Source of the DNA: Halobacteriota archaeon | GTDB lineage: Archaea; Halobacteriota; Syntropharchaeia; Alkanophagales; Methanospirareceae | Reading direction: 5' to 3' | Length of the DNA stretch: 60,644 nucleotides | Assembly: GCA_049287525.1 (NCBI GenBank) | Contig: JBAQFZ010000142.1 | Location: 1 to 60,644, forward strand | In this document: piece after piece, positions 26,325-34,917 of the stretch | Layout of the letters: each line of letters opens with the position of its first letter | How positions within the stretch are numbered: position 1 is the stretch's first letter | Translations under genes and position numbers: made by a program | Notes under the pieces: generated by a model | Told to the model about the DNA's origin: nothing | Databases searched by the model: none | Seen by the model: the letters and a program-made list of their open reading frames with translations, nothing else

Positions 26325-26896
26325 AGTCTCCCTCGCCTCCTCAACAAGAGTATAACAGATACCGCACCACTGAAGATAACCGTCTCCTCAAACATGGTAT
26401 CATAACCCCGGTAATCAGCAAGACCAGAAGTTACAGCGTTCATGGTAGCCGTCTCTTCTTCGGTCTTCTCTATTACCCTCACCGGCCAATTATACCGGTA
26501 AACCGTCAGATTTCCTTTAACTTCCTTGATGAAGTAATATTTTATAGGTTCTTTAAAGTATATCTCACCCTCATTGATGAGAACATCCCAACCCCCTCCC
26601 TCTGTGGCAAAGACCCCGCTGTTCTTCTCAATCACGTATTCCCCTTCTTCCAGGGTTGGATAGTTGTTCTCCTTATTGAACCCTATACGTTCTATTTCAT
26701 TTTTTATCTCCGCGGGAACAACGCCCTCATCCAAGCTCTCCACCAATAATCCATCAGCATCGATGCTAAAGAGCTTTATATACTTATTTGCAGGTGAATT
26801 GTAATCACCAAAAGCAGGAACATCCTGAACTACGTAAACGAACAGAGCAGCCAGAAGGAGTACCATAATGAGCCCCATTACTGATGTTGGTTTCAT
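26321..26896 (-). CDS. MbhE-like / MrpA-C-terminal-like subunit carrying a large soluble insertion
   Basis: N-terminal TM helix, then the conserved NAVTSGLADYRGYDTMFEETV motif and a C-terminal TM helix. About 100 non-hydrophobic residues are inserted between FGDY and that motif. Confidence 0.6.
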   Translation of the reverse strand: MKPTSVMGLIMVLLLAALFVYVVQDVPAFGDYNSPANKYIKLFSIDADGLLVESLDEGVVPAEIKNEIERIGFNKENNYPTLEEGEYVIEKNSGVFATEGGGWDVLINEGEIYFKEPIKYYFIKEVKGNLTVYRYNWPVRVIEKTEEETATMNAVTSGLADYRGYDTMFEETVIFSGAVSVILLLRRRGRL

Positions 26897-26900
26897 TTAC

Positions 26901-27152
26901 TTACTTCTCCCACCTCGCCTTTCTCGATAATCGTGATAATGCCGCTATCATGAGAGCTGTTGAAGTCCCTGCGCCGACCGCAGCCTCAGTAAACGCGACG
27001 TCAGCCGCCCCGAGCTGCAACCACATGTTTGCCATAATAAAACTGTAAGCGCCAAGGATGACAATCGCAGCTAAAAGGTCTTTTACTGTTATCGCCGCTA
27101 TTGCTGTTACTATTATAAAGGATAGCAGTATGAAATCAATTGGAACTATCAT
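26901..27152 (-). CDS. DUF4040 / MbhD-like (MrpA C-terminal) subunit
   Basis: 83 aa, 3 TM helices. The motif AADVAFTEAAVGAG is typical of DUF4040. Confidence 0.65.
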   Translation of the reverse strand: MIVPIDFILLSFIIVTAIAAITVKDLLAAIVILGAYSFIMANMWLQLGAADVAFTEAAVGAGTSTALMIAALSRLSRKARWEK

Positions 27153-27172
27153 CTCTTTTCCTTTCGCCTCCT

Positions 27173-27733
27173 CTATCCTTCCTCCATGAATACATGTCCC
27201 ACCTTCCTCTGCATGGTTTGATCCACTGTGAGGGCATCTGCTGGCTCCTTCGCTATTGCATGCACGGTATACTTACCTCTTTCAGGTTCAATATCTATTG
27301 TTATCGTCCCCGGCGTCAAGGTAATGGAATCACCAAATGTAGTGAGTGCTAAATCGCTTCGCAGGGTTGTCTCGAATTCTATTATTAGAGGATCTACCGT
27401 CCTGAGACCAAGAACACGATATGCGACGTCAATGGCTGCTAACATGATCTGCCACAACTCCCATGTACTGTAAAGAAGCCACCTCTGGATTTTTAATAGC
27501 ACTTTCTCACCTCTTCCGGGTATTAATAGTTCGTGTACGGTAAGAGTAACGACCAGGACGACAATTACACCTCTTGCTAACCTGAAAAGGTCGTAATGCC
27601 CGGTAAGATAAATATTCCAGGCTGACAGGAGCAACCAGAATATAAACATCGCACAAAAGGTTAGAACCATTGAGAACGCCTTTTCGCTTCCTCGCATTCC
27701 TCTTACCCCGTTCATATCTCTCTTCTCCTTCAC
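27173..27733 (-). CDS. mrpE: MrpE/MnhE subunit
   Basis: Two N-terminal TM helices followed by ITLTPGTITIDIE, as in MNHE. The GTG start overlaps the mrpG stop. Confidence 0.7.
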   Translation of the reverse strand: MKEKRDMNGVRGMRGSEKAFSMVLTFCAMFIFWLLLSAWNIYLTGHYDLFRLARGVIVVLVVTLTVHELLIPGRGEKVLLKIQRWLLYSTWELWQIMLAAIDVAYRVLGLRTVDPLIIEFETTLRSDLALTTFGDSITLTPGTITIDIEPERGKYTVHAIAKEPADALTVDQTMQRKVGHVFMEEG

Positions 27734-28206
27734 ATCCTCTGATCGCCCTTCTTCCAGACCTTCACGCCAGTAACATACGCAGCTTTCATTATCGCATGCG
27801 TTGCCGCCGGTCCGGCTAATAAATAGTAAGCCGCTACAAAGAAGAGCTTTATCGTGATAAAACTAAACCCTTCATAAATCATACAACCGACTATTATAAA
27901 AATTTGCCCGAGGGTATCGCACTTTCCCGTTGCGTGTAACCGTGTATAAAAGTCAGGAAATTTCACCAATCCAACTGCTCCAGTTATCATGAAGAATGCT
28001 CCGCCAGCCAGGAATATTATTGATAGAATATCTACGAGGTGTCTCGTGCCCTGCACGATTGCCATGATTAACCCAACGCTGAATATTATACCCGCTATCC
28101 CGATAGAAGCGTCCCGGTATTTCAATATTCCAAACGCAGCAGTTAGCATAGCGAATGCTCCCGCAGCCAGGAATAATATCGCTATAATATCTACTATGGT
28201 GAGCAT
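27730..28206 (-). CDS. mrpG: MrpG/MnhG subunit with a duplicated N-terminal TM segment
   Basis: FPDFYTRLHATGKCDTLG is the MnhG signature. The preceding helix IFLAGGAFFMITGAVGLVKFPD is duplicated upstream as LFLAAGAFAMLTAAFGILKYRD. Confidence 0.75.
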   Translation of the reverse strand: MLTIVDIIAILFLAAGAFAMLTAAFGILKYRDASIGIAGIIFSVGLIMAIVQGTRHLVDILSIIFLAGGAFFMITGAVGLVKFPDFYTRLHATGKCDTLGQIFIIVGCMIYEGFSFITIKLFFVAAYYLLAGPAATHAIMKAAYVTGVKVWKKGDQRM

Positions 28207-28463
28207 AGTTCCCCCCTCTCTAAGTATTTAGCTATGATGATGGTGCCGATAAAACTCAGTACTGCGTACATGAGTGCGATATCGACGAAATGCGGTCGTT
28301 CAAGGATATAGCCCACAACAACTAAGAGCACCATCGCCTTCGTGCCGATTACATTCGCCGCAACAATACGATTGAAGGTTCCGGGTCCAATTATCACCCG
28401 GTAGGTGCTGATCAGTATGGTGGACGCAATTATTATTCCGACGGCGACGAACGGTAGTATCAT
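28194..28463 (-). CDS. mrpF: MrpF/MnhF subunit
   Basis: 89 aa, 3 TM helices, with motifs RVIIGPGTFNRIVAANVIGTK and DIALMYAVLSFIGT. Confidence 0.8.
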   Translation of the reverse strand: MILPFVAVGIIIASTILISTYRVIIGPGTFNRIVAANVIGTKAMVLLVVVGYILERPHFVDIALMYAVLSFIGTIIIAKYLERGELCSP

Positions 28464-28684
28464 ATTTTATATATCAGGAGGAGGCGGTATATAAATACCC
28501 TTCGGATTTTTTCTGTTATTACAGTAAAAAGCAAGCTGTCAGCACATGTTTTTGTAGCGCGGAGGGCACTTGATACCGCGGTATAAAAGCGATTCCAAAG
28601 CGCGATGTAAAGTAAAAGTCGTGGTTTTTTAGTTAAGTTATTAGCACATGCCTATTATTAACGTGGAAGAGGAATAGGATTATT

Positions 28685-30196
28685 ATGCAAACCCGTAAAG
28701 ATTACATCCTGTCTTTGGATGCGGATAAGCGGCTATTTCATGCCGATATGCTCGTGGACAAAGCGCATGTGGTCATGTTAAGGGAGAAGGGGATTTTAAA
28801 AAGGAATGATGCCGCGATGATTTTAAACTGTTTAAACAAGATAGATCCGGGATATTTCGTAGAGCATGTCCTTCCCACTTATGAGGACGTGCACACCGCG
28901 ATAGAATCGGTGTTAATAAAGGAGGTAGGTGCGGATATAGGCGGTAGGATGCATACCGGTCGGTCGAGAAATGATGAAGTGGCAACGTGCATAAGACTTG
29001 CACTCCGGGATGGTTTATTAGTGCTCATGGAAGAAGTAAACGAGCTGAGAAGAGCGGCAATAGAGAAAGCGGATATGAATGTAGAAACCATAATGCCGGG
29101 CTATACACACTTGCAGCATGCGCAGCCAACTACCTTCGCACATCATTTCCTAGCGCATGCCGATGCGTTTGCACGTGATTTCTCGCGGCTTAAAAGCGCA
29201 TATGAAGGTGTAAACGTAAGCCCCTTAGGTGCTGCGGCATTTGCATCTACTGGATTCCCCATAGACCGTGATAGAACTGCGTATCTTCTTGGATTCGACT
29301 CTGTACTGGAGAATTCTATGGATGCCGTTTCCACACGTGACTTTGCCATAGAAGCGATTTCCTGTTATGCCAATTTGATGACAAATCTGAGCAGGCTTGC
29401 CGAGGAGATAATACTGTGGAGTACGTCAGAATTCAATCTGGTGCGTGTTGCTGCGGAATATGCAGCCGGTAGCTCAATAATGCCACAGAAACGAAATCCG
29501 GACTATGCTGAGCTGGTAAGGGCGAGAACAGGCTCGGTTTACGGCTGTTTGATGAGTGCGATTTCGATATGTAAAGCATTGCCATACGCATATAACCGCG
29601 ATTTGCAGGAGGTAACACCACATCTTTTGAAAGCCACAGAGATCACGTTGTCTTCGGTATCTGTGCTGAGCCACATCGTGGAAGGGCTGGAATTGAAAAG
29701 AGAAGAGATGGTGAAGAAGGCACAAATGGGGTTCACTACTGCAACAGAGCTGGCTGATACGATAGTCCGTGAGACGGGTGTCCCTTTTAGAACAGCGCAT
29801 AAAATCGTATCTTCACTGGCAAAGAAGCTGGAAGATAGTGTGGAAACGACAGAAGGTAGTGTGGTGCTGCGTGAAATGGATGATTTCGCTATCCTGATCA
29901 TAGGCGAAAAACTAAGTAAGCTTGGGTTAACCGAGAAGGAGGTAGATCTGGCGTTGGATATTGCTTCAAATATAGAAATGCGGATTGTCACCGGCGGACC
30001 AGCCAGTAAAGAGATTCAGAGGATGCTACGTACAAGAAGAATGGGTCTGGAGAGGGATGAGAAGATAAGAGTAGCGAAGGAAGAGAGAGTAATAAAATCA
30101 TTAGAAGAGCTGAGGAAAGAGGTAAAGAAGAAGACCCGGGTAATAAAAGTGATAAAGAAAAGTCAAATCCTCTCCGCCTTTTATATTGTGTTGTGA
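28685..30196 (+). CDS. argH: Argininosuccinate lyase
   Basis: Motifs HTGRSRNDEVAT and the fumarate-lyase signature GSSIMPQKRNPDYAELVR. Confidence 0.9.
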   Translation: MQTRKDYILSLDADKRLFHADMLVDKAHVVMLREKGILKRNDAAMILNCLNKIDPGYFVEHVLPTYEDVHTAIESVLIKEVGADIGGRMHTGRSRNDEVATCIRLALRDGLLVLMEEVNELRRAAIEKADMNVETIMPGYTHLQHAQPTTFAHHFLAHADAFARDFSRLKSAYEGVNVSPLGAAAFASTGFPIDRDRTAYLLGFDSVLENSMDAVSTRDFAIEAISCYANLMTNLSRLAEEIILWSTSEFNLVRVAAEYAAGSSIMPQKRNPDYAELVRARTGSVYGCLMSAISICKALPYAYNRDLQEVTPHLLKATEITLSSVSVLSHIVEGLELKREEMVKKAQMGFTTATELADTIVRETGVPFRTAHKIVSSLAKKLEDSVETTEGSVVLREMDDFAILIIGEKLSKLGLTEKEVDLALDIASNIEMRIVTGGPASKEIQRMLRTRRMGLERDEKIRVAKEERVIKSLEELRKEVKKKTRVIKVIKKSQILSAFYIVL

Positions 30197-30271
30197 ACCC
30201 CTTAGGCTGATTTGCACCTGAAGTCGCCAATTAATTCTTTTTATACTTCGTAACTTTTGGGTTCGATAGGC

Positions 30272-31990
30272 TTACCCATGCGACTTAAATAAAGACTGAT
30301 TGCAAACACTACAGGCATTGCAGTCCGTACCACCATGCGTCTCACCGAAATAATTCAATATGAACTTCCTTTTGCACTCGCTGGTCTCTATGTATTCCAC
30401 GACCCTATCTATTTTTTTCTGGCTATTCTCTTCCAGGCGCCGGAAGATTTCGAGCAGCGCAACCATGTCCACCTCTTTTATGCCGGGATAGACCCTGACC
30501 GGGATGCAGAAATCTCGCTCTATAAGTTCTATTCGCCCTGTGGTCTTCAGTTCCCGCAGAACATTGTTTAGCCTTGACACAGGTAGCTGGACAGAACTGC
30601 TCAGCTCCTCAAGGTCCAACCACATATTCAAATTCTTACGGAAATATGTGTTCCTGATTAGCATGGTTGCTTCCTGCCGGTATTTTAGCGCTTCTACATC
30701 GGCATTCCGCACGCTTACCACGGCACGCCGGAAAATGCGGAAATAGGTCTTTATCGCACCCATCCGCTCAAGGTGATGGAGAGCTAACCTGATGGGCACT
30801 TCATTCAGATTCAACTCGTTTGCTATCCGCTTCACATTCGCAAAAATTAATTCACCATCCCCTTTTGCTAACAGTCCAAGCACCGCTTTTAGCTGCTCGT
30901 TAGAAGGTGTATTACGCTGAATCAATTTACGTAACATTGCCGCATCCCATTTGGAGTAGAGCAGTATGCAATTCGAGATATTCTGGTCCCGTCCCGCACG
31001 TCCCACTTCCTGGTAATAGTTCTCAATAGATTTCGGTAGGTTGTAATGAATTATAGCCCTTATGTCCTCTTTATCTATGCCCATGCCAAAGGCATTGGTG
31101 GCAACCACTATTCTCGTTCTTCCGCTTATAAACTCGTTCTGAATCATTCTTCGGTCTTCTTTATTCGCGATCTGACCGTGATAGTACGATGCGCTAAACC
31201 CCGAACTGGCTAAACAGTTAGCTAACGTCTCCGCAGTTCGTGTGAAATTGACATACACGATAGCAGAGCCCGGGAGCTGTTCTAATAGCCGTTTAAGCAG
31301 TTCTTCTTTTGCTCTGCCATTTTCCTGGTGGATAACGGAGAATAGCAGATTCCTGCGGTCAAAACTGTCTTTAAACACATCACATTGGATGCCCAGTTGT
31401 TTCTGCATGTCTGCTTCTACTTTTTCCGTGGCTGTTGCTGTCAATCCGAGTACCGGCGGATTACCCAATGCTTTTATTACCCTTCTAAGGTGTAAATAAT
31501 CGGGACGGAAGTTATGACCCCAGACAGAGATGCAGTGGACTTCGTCAATAGCAATCAGACTGATGTCGCATCCTTTTAAAATACTCATCAATTTGTTATC
31601 CACGAACGTTTCGGGCGCGAGATAGAGCATCTTCAGCTTCTTGTCTTTTAATAGCCGATATATACGCTCTTTCGTGCTTGAATTCTGCATGGAATTGATA
31701 TACGCAACTTCAAGGACGCCTCTTTTACGCAGGTTGTCTATCTGGTCTTTCATCAATGCGATTAATGGGCTAACAACCACGGTCAGACCGTCAAAGACCA
31801 ATGCCGGTATTTGAAAGCAGAGCGATTTGCCCGCTCCAGTAGGTAAGATAGCTAATGTGTCCCGAGCTGCTAAGATATTGTCTATTATCTCTTTTTGACG
31901 AGAGCGAAAGGAATGATGATGGAATACAGAGGTTAGGACCGTTTGGGGGTCTTTTGAAGTATAGACATCCCTTTTTATCGCGGCCATCAT
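30272..31990 (-). CDS. recQ: RecQ-family ATP-dependent DNA helicase
   Basis: Motifs F.SFRSRQKEII, PTGAGKSLCFQIPAL, DEVHCISVWGHNFRPDY, LTATAT, ATNAFGMGIDK and QEVGRAGRD. Terminal Cys cluster CKRK...CNACSVC. Confidence 0.85.
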   Translation of the reverse strand: MMAAIKRDVYTSKDPQTVLTSVFHHHSFRSRQKEIIDNILAARDTLAILPTGAGKSLCFQIPALVFDGLTVVVSPLIALMKDQIDNLRKRGVLEVAYINSMQNSSTKERIYRLLKDKKLKMLYLAPETFVDNKLMSILKGCDISLIAIDEVHCISVWGHNFRPDYLHLRRVIKALGNPPVLGLTATATEKVEADMQKQLGIQCDVFKDSFDRRNLLFSVIHQENGRAKEELLKRLLEQLPGSAIVYVNFTRTAETLANCLASSGFSASYYHGQIANKEDRRMIQNEFISGRTRIVVATNAFGMGIDKEDIRAIIHYNLPKSIENYYQEVGRAGRDQNISNCILLYSKWDAAMLRKLIQRNTPSNEQLKAVLGLLAKGDGELIFANVKRIANELNLNEVPIRLALHHLERMGAIKTYFRIFRRAVVSVRNADVEALKYRQEATMLIRNTYFRKNLNMWLDLEELSSSVQLPVSRLNNVLRELKTTGRIELIERDFCIPVRVYPGIKEVDMVALLEIFRRLEENSQKKIDRVVEYIETSECKRKFILNYFGETHGGTDCNACSVCNQSLFKSHG

Positions 31991-32063
31991 GCTTTTAAAT
32001 GTTCATGCTAATATTAAAAACTTGTCCGGAATGAGAATAACAAATAAATAACATTAGGATATA

Positions 32064-32081
32064 TATTCGAAGTATTCGAAG
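32064..32081. repeat. Perfect tandem 9-mer TATTCGAAG x2 (each contains the palindrome TTCGAA) in the recQ/uvrC divergent promoter region
   Basis: Read directly from the sequence. Ends 13 nt before the uvrC ATG. Confidence 0.6.
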
Positions 32082-32093
32082 CGATTTGGTAAG

Positions 32094-33590
32094 ATGTTTA
32101 TCCAAAACTGTACCCTACCTGATAACCCGGGCTGTTATCTCTTTAAAGACGCTTCCGGCAGCGTAATCTATGTCGGCAAGGCAAAGAACCTGAGAAAGAG
32201 GGTCAAGAGCTACTTCCAGAAGAAGAATCTGGACCCTAAAACAGAGGCAATGATGCAGAAGATTGATACTGTTGATTTCATCGTCACGGATACGGAAGTA
32301 GAATCGTTAATCCTCGAGAACAACCTGATAAAGAAGAACAACCCGAGATATAATATTAACCTGAAGGATTCAAAGCGGTATGCCTACATCAAATTGACAT
32401 TAGAGAAATTTCCGCGGTTGCTAATTGCGAGAAGAAGAGACGATACTGGCAGGTTCTTCGGACCGTTCGTATCGGCTGCGGTACGTGATTATGTACTATC
32501 CGCCCTGAAAAAGACTTTTCAGATCAGAACATGCAATAGAATGCCGAAGAAGCCGTGTTTGAGGCACCAGATTAAATTATGCCTGGCGCCGTGCATCGAA
32601 AAAGTCTGCACCGCCGAGTATTCTGATAGAATCCATGCAATCGAATTGATTCTCAACGGCAGGACGGAGGAACTCATCAAATCCAGAATACGCGATATGA
32701 AAGCGGCTTCGGATCGATTGGATTTTGAACGTGCCCTGGAATTGCGTAATCAGATAAAAGCAATCGAAATGCTCAAGGAAAAACAGAACATGGAGCTCTC
32801 GAAGAGATATGACGAAGATATAATCAATTACATCATAAAGAACGGGCGGGTCTATCTTATCCTCTTTAACATCTACAAAGGTACACTCGAGAATAAGCAG
32901 GAGTTTGAATTTGAGCATAAAGATAACTTCCTTGAGGAGTTTCTGGTTCAGTATTATTCAGAGAATGCCGTGCCTGAGGAATTGATACTACCAGAAGAAG
33001 TAGACGAATCCCTGAACTCGTTTCTTGAGCAGAAAAGAGCAGCAGGTAAAGTATCGGTCCGGGTACCAAAGAGAGGGGATAAGAAACAATTACTGGACCT
33101 CGTCCTGAAGAACATAAAAGCGTCATTCTTTTCTGAATCTGAGCAACTGGAGGAGATTAAAGATACGCTTCATCTCCCGGAGATTCCGGTTGTGATCGAA
33201 TGCTTTGATATATCGCACTTATCAGGGACATCCACTGTCGGGTCCATGGTGCAGTTCAGGCATGCGCGAGCGGCAAAAAGCAATTACCGACGGTTCAGAA
33301 TCAAAACAGTGGACGGTATAGACGATCTGAGTGCGATTGCCGAGGTTGTCAGGAGACGATACACGCGGCTCGTTAAGGAATGCTCAGAACTGCCCGACTT
33401 GATTATCATTGATGGCGGCACCGGACAGTTGAATTCCGCTATTAAAGAGCTCAATAAGCTTGGTCTTAGGGTTCCGGTCATAGCCATTGCAAAGAAGTTC
33501 GAAGAGGTTTATATGTCAGGATTACCGTTTCCGCTGAGATTAGACCGGAGAAGCAAAGCATTGAAGCTGATACAACCAGATAAGAGATGA
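32094..33590 (+). CDS. uvrC: Excinuclease ABC subunit C (UvrC), frameshifted near the 3' end and lacking the C-terminal (HhH)2 region
   Basis: GIY-YIG N-terminus (GCYLFKD..G.VIYVGKAKNLRKRV.SYF) and a UVR-like segment (FERALELRNQIKAIE). The ORF stops at LKLIQPDKR, but the +1 frame continues QIRDEAHRFAITYNRQLRKEELLK to 33651. Confidence 0.85.
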   Translation: MFIQNCTLPDNPGCYLFKDASGSVIYVGKAKNLRKRVKSYFQKKNLDPKTEAMMQKIDTVDFIVTDTEVESLILENNLIKKNNPRYNINLKDSKRYAYIKLTLEKFPRLLIARRRDDTGRFFGPFVSAAVRDYVLSALKKTFQIRTCNRMPKKPCLRHQIKLCLAPCIEKVCTAEYSDRIHAIELILNGRTEELIKSRIRDMKAASDRLDFERALELRNQIKAIEMLKEKQNMELSKRYDEDIINYIIKNGRVYLILFNIYKGTLENKQEFEFEHKDNFLEEFLVQYYSENAVPEELILPEEVDESLNSFLEQKRAAGKVSVRVPKRGDKKQLLDLVLKNIKASFFSESEQLEEIKDTLHLPEIPVVIECFDISHLSGTSTVGSMVQFRHARAAKSNYRRFRIKTVDGIDDLSAIAEVVRRRYTRLVKECSELPDLIIIDGGTGQLNSAIKELNKLGLRVPVIAIAKKFEEVYMSGLPFPLRLDRRSKALKLIQPDKR

Positions 33591-33686
33591 AGCGCACAGG
33601 TTTGCTATCACTTATAACAGGCAGTTACGTAAAGAGGAACTATTGAAATGAGTATGCGTGTGCCGGGCAAAAAAAAAACAGCCGCA

Positions 33687-34817
33687 TTAGCACGCCTTCA
33701 TAAATCTGCTCTTTATTTGCGCGGCATTCAACTTTATGTTTCCTATTTCTGCATTGCCTGGCTTCACCAGGAGATGCAGGAACCGCGGACCTTTTTCCTC
33801 GTATAGCTGCTCTAAGGCGTATCGCAGCTCTTCTTCGGTATGCACCCGCTTCGTATTCGCTATCCCTGCACTTATCGCCATCAGTTCCATATCTGCATAA
33901 GGTGCAGGTTGGTCACCGGTGCTGCCCCACGTGCCGTTGTCAAGGCAAACAATAGAGAGATTTACCGGCTTCTTATCCGCTACAACAGGCAAAATGTTGC
34001 TCATCTTGAGACTTCCATCACCGTCAAGCACCAACACTTCCCTTTTTGTCTTCATTGCGACACCCAGACCTATTGCAGAAGCTTGACCCAGACTACCGAG
34101 CATATAGAAATTCAGAGAGCGGTCTTTAGCAGCATAAAGCTCCTTGCTCGGCACCCCGATATTAGAGATAACAGCTTCTTCGGCTAGATAAGCTGTTATT
34201 AACTTTATTGCATCGTATCTTCTCATTTCCGGTGGATTAATCACTTTTTCATACTGCAAGCGTATTTCATCCGGTTTGTGCGGTTTGTGCGAAGTTGTCT
34301 CCTCTTCAATAGTACCAGTACCGCTGCATTCCCATATCTTCGGCGAGATGAGCGCAATATGCGGTCTTTCATTCTCGAACGCATCCTGAATGACCTCTTC
34401 TATCAGTCCAATCGCAGATGTCTCTTCTATTAGCGTGCAGTTCAGGTCTAACGCATCTAAAAGTTTGGGCAACGCTTTTCCCAGTGGTACCTGCGCTTCT
34501 ATCTTCTCTTTATAGACACCACGCCAGCTCGCTAATACCGGTAGCGGTAAGCCATATGTAACTGTAAGCGACATGAGCGTATTTATCGAATTGCCTAACC
34601 CTGTGCTCTGTATAATCATCAGTGGCTTACCCCCGGCGAGGTAAACGCCTGCGGAGATGCCAACGCCATTTTCCTCGCGGTTCAAGCCTACGTGACAGAA
34701 CTCGTTTGCAACGAACCGTAATAGTACGCTCAGTTTCTCACAGGGCAGCGTGGACACCACGTCTATTTTTGCACTCTTCAATATCTCGATTACTTCTCGT
34801 TCTGGTTCTTCATCCAT
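33687..34817 (-). CDS. comDE: Sulfopyruvate decarboxylase, fused alpha-beta (ComDE), TPP-dependent; coenzyme M biosynthesis
   Basis: The N-half resembles ComD (IDVVSTLPCEKLSVLL). The C-half has the TPP-binding motif LDGDGS...N. A phosphonopyruvate decarboxylase is the alternative call. Confidence 0.8.
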   Translation of the reverse strand: MDEEPEREVIEILKSAKIDVVSTLPCEKLSVLLRFVANEFCHVGLNREENGVGISAGVYLAGGKPLMIIQSTGLGNSINTLMSLTVTYGLPLPVLASWRGVYKEKIEAQVPLGKALPKLLDALDLNCTLIEETSAIGLIEEVIQDAFENERPHIALISPKIWECSGTGTIEEETTSHKPHKPDEIRLQYEKVINPPEMRRYDAIKLITAYLAEEAVISNIGVPSKELYAAKDRSLNFYMLGSLGQASAIGLGVAMKTKREVLVLDGDGSLKMSNILPVVADKKPVNLSIVCLDNGTWGSTGDQPAPYADMELMAISAGIANTKRVHTEEELRYALEQLYEEKGPRFLHLLVKPGNAEIGNIKLNAAQIKSRFMKAC

Positions 34818-34917
34818 GGGTGAGTTTGATATGTATAGTAAGTATGTTGTTGATGTGTTAGTAAAGTGCTTTTATAAAACAAGGTATAATGTTCCCCATG
34901 TCAATATAAGTTTTAAG

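Noticed and set aside
30060-30196. Lys-rich C-terminal tail of about 45 residues on ArgH (…KEERVIKSLEELRKEVKKKTRVIKVIKKSQ…).
   Set aside because: It could be a genuine extension or a late stop. It has no motif content and ArgH length varies, so it is not reported as a finding.
34750-34917. N-terminal extension of 56 codons on the MoaE-like ORF.
   Set aside because: The extension overlaps the 5' end and promoter of the divergent comDE gene and has no MoaE similarity. An internal ATG at 34918 lies behind a TATA-like box.
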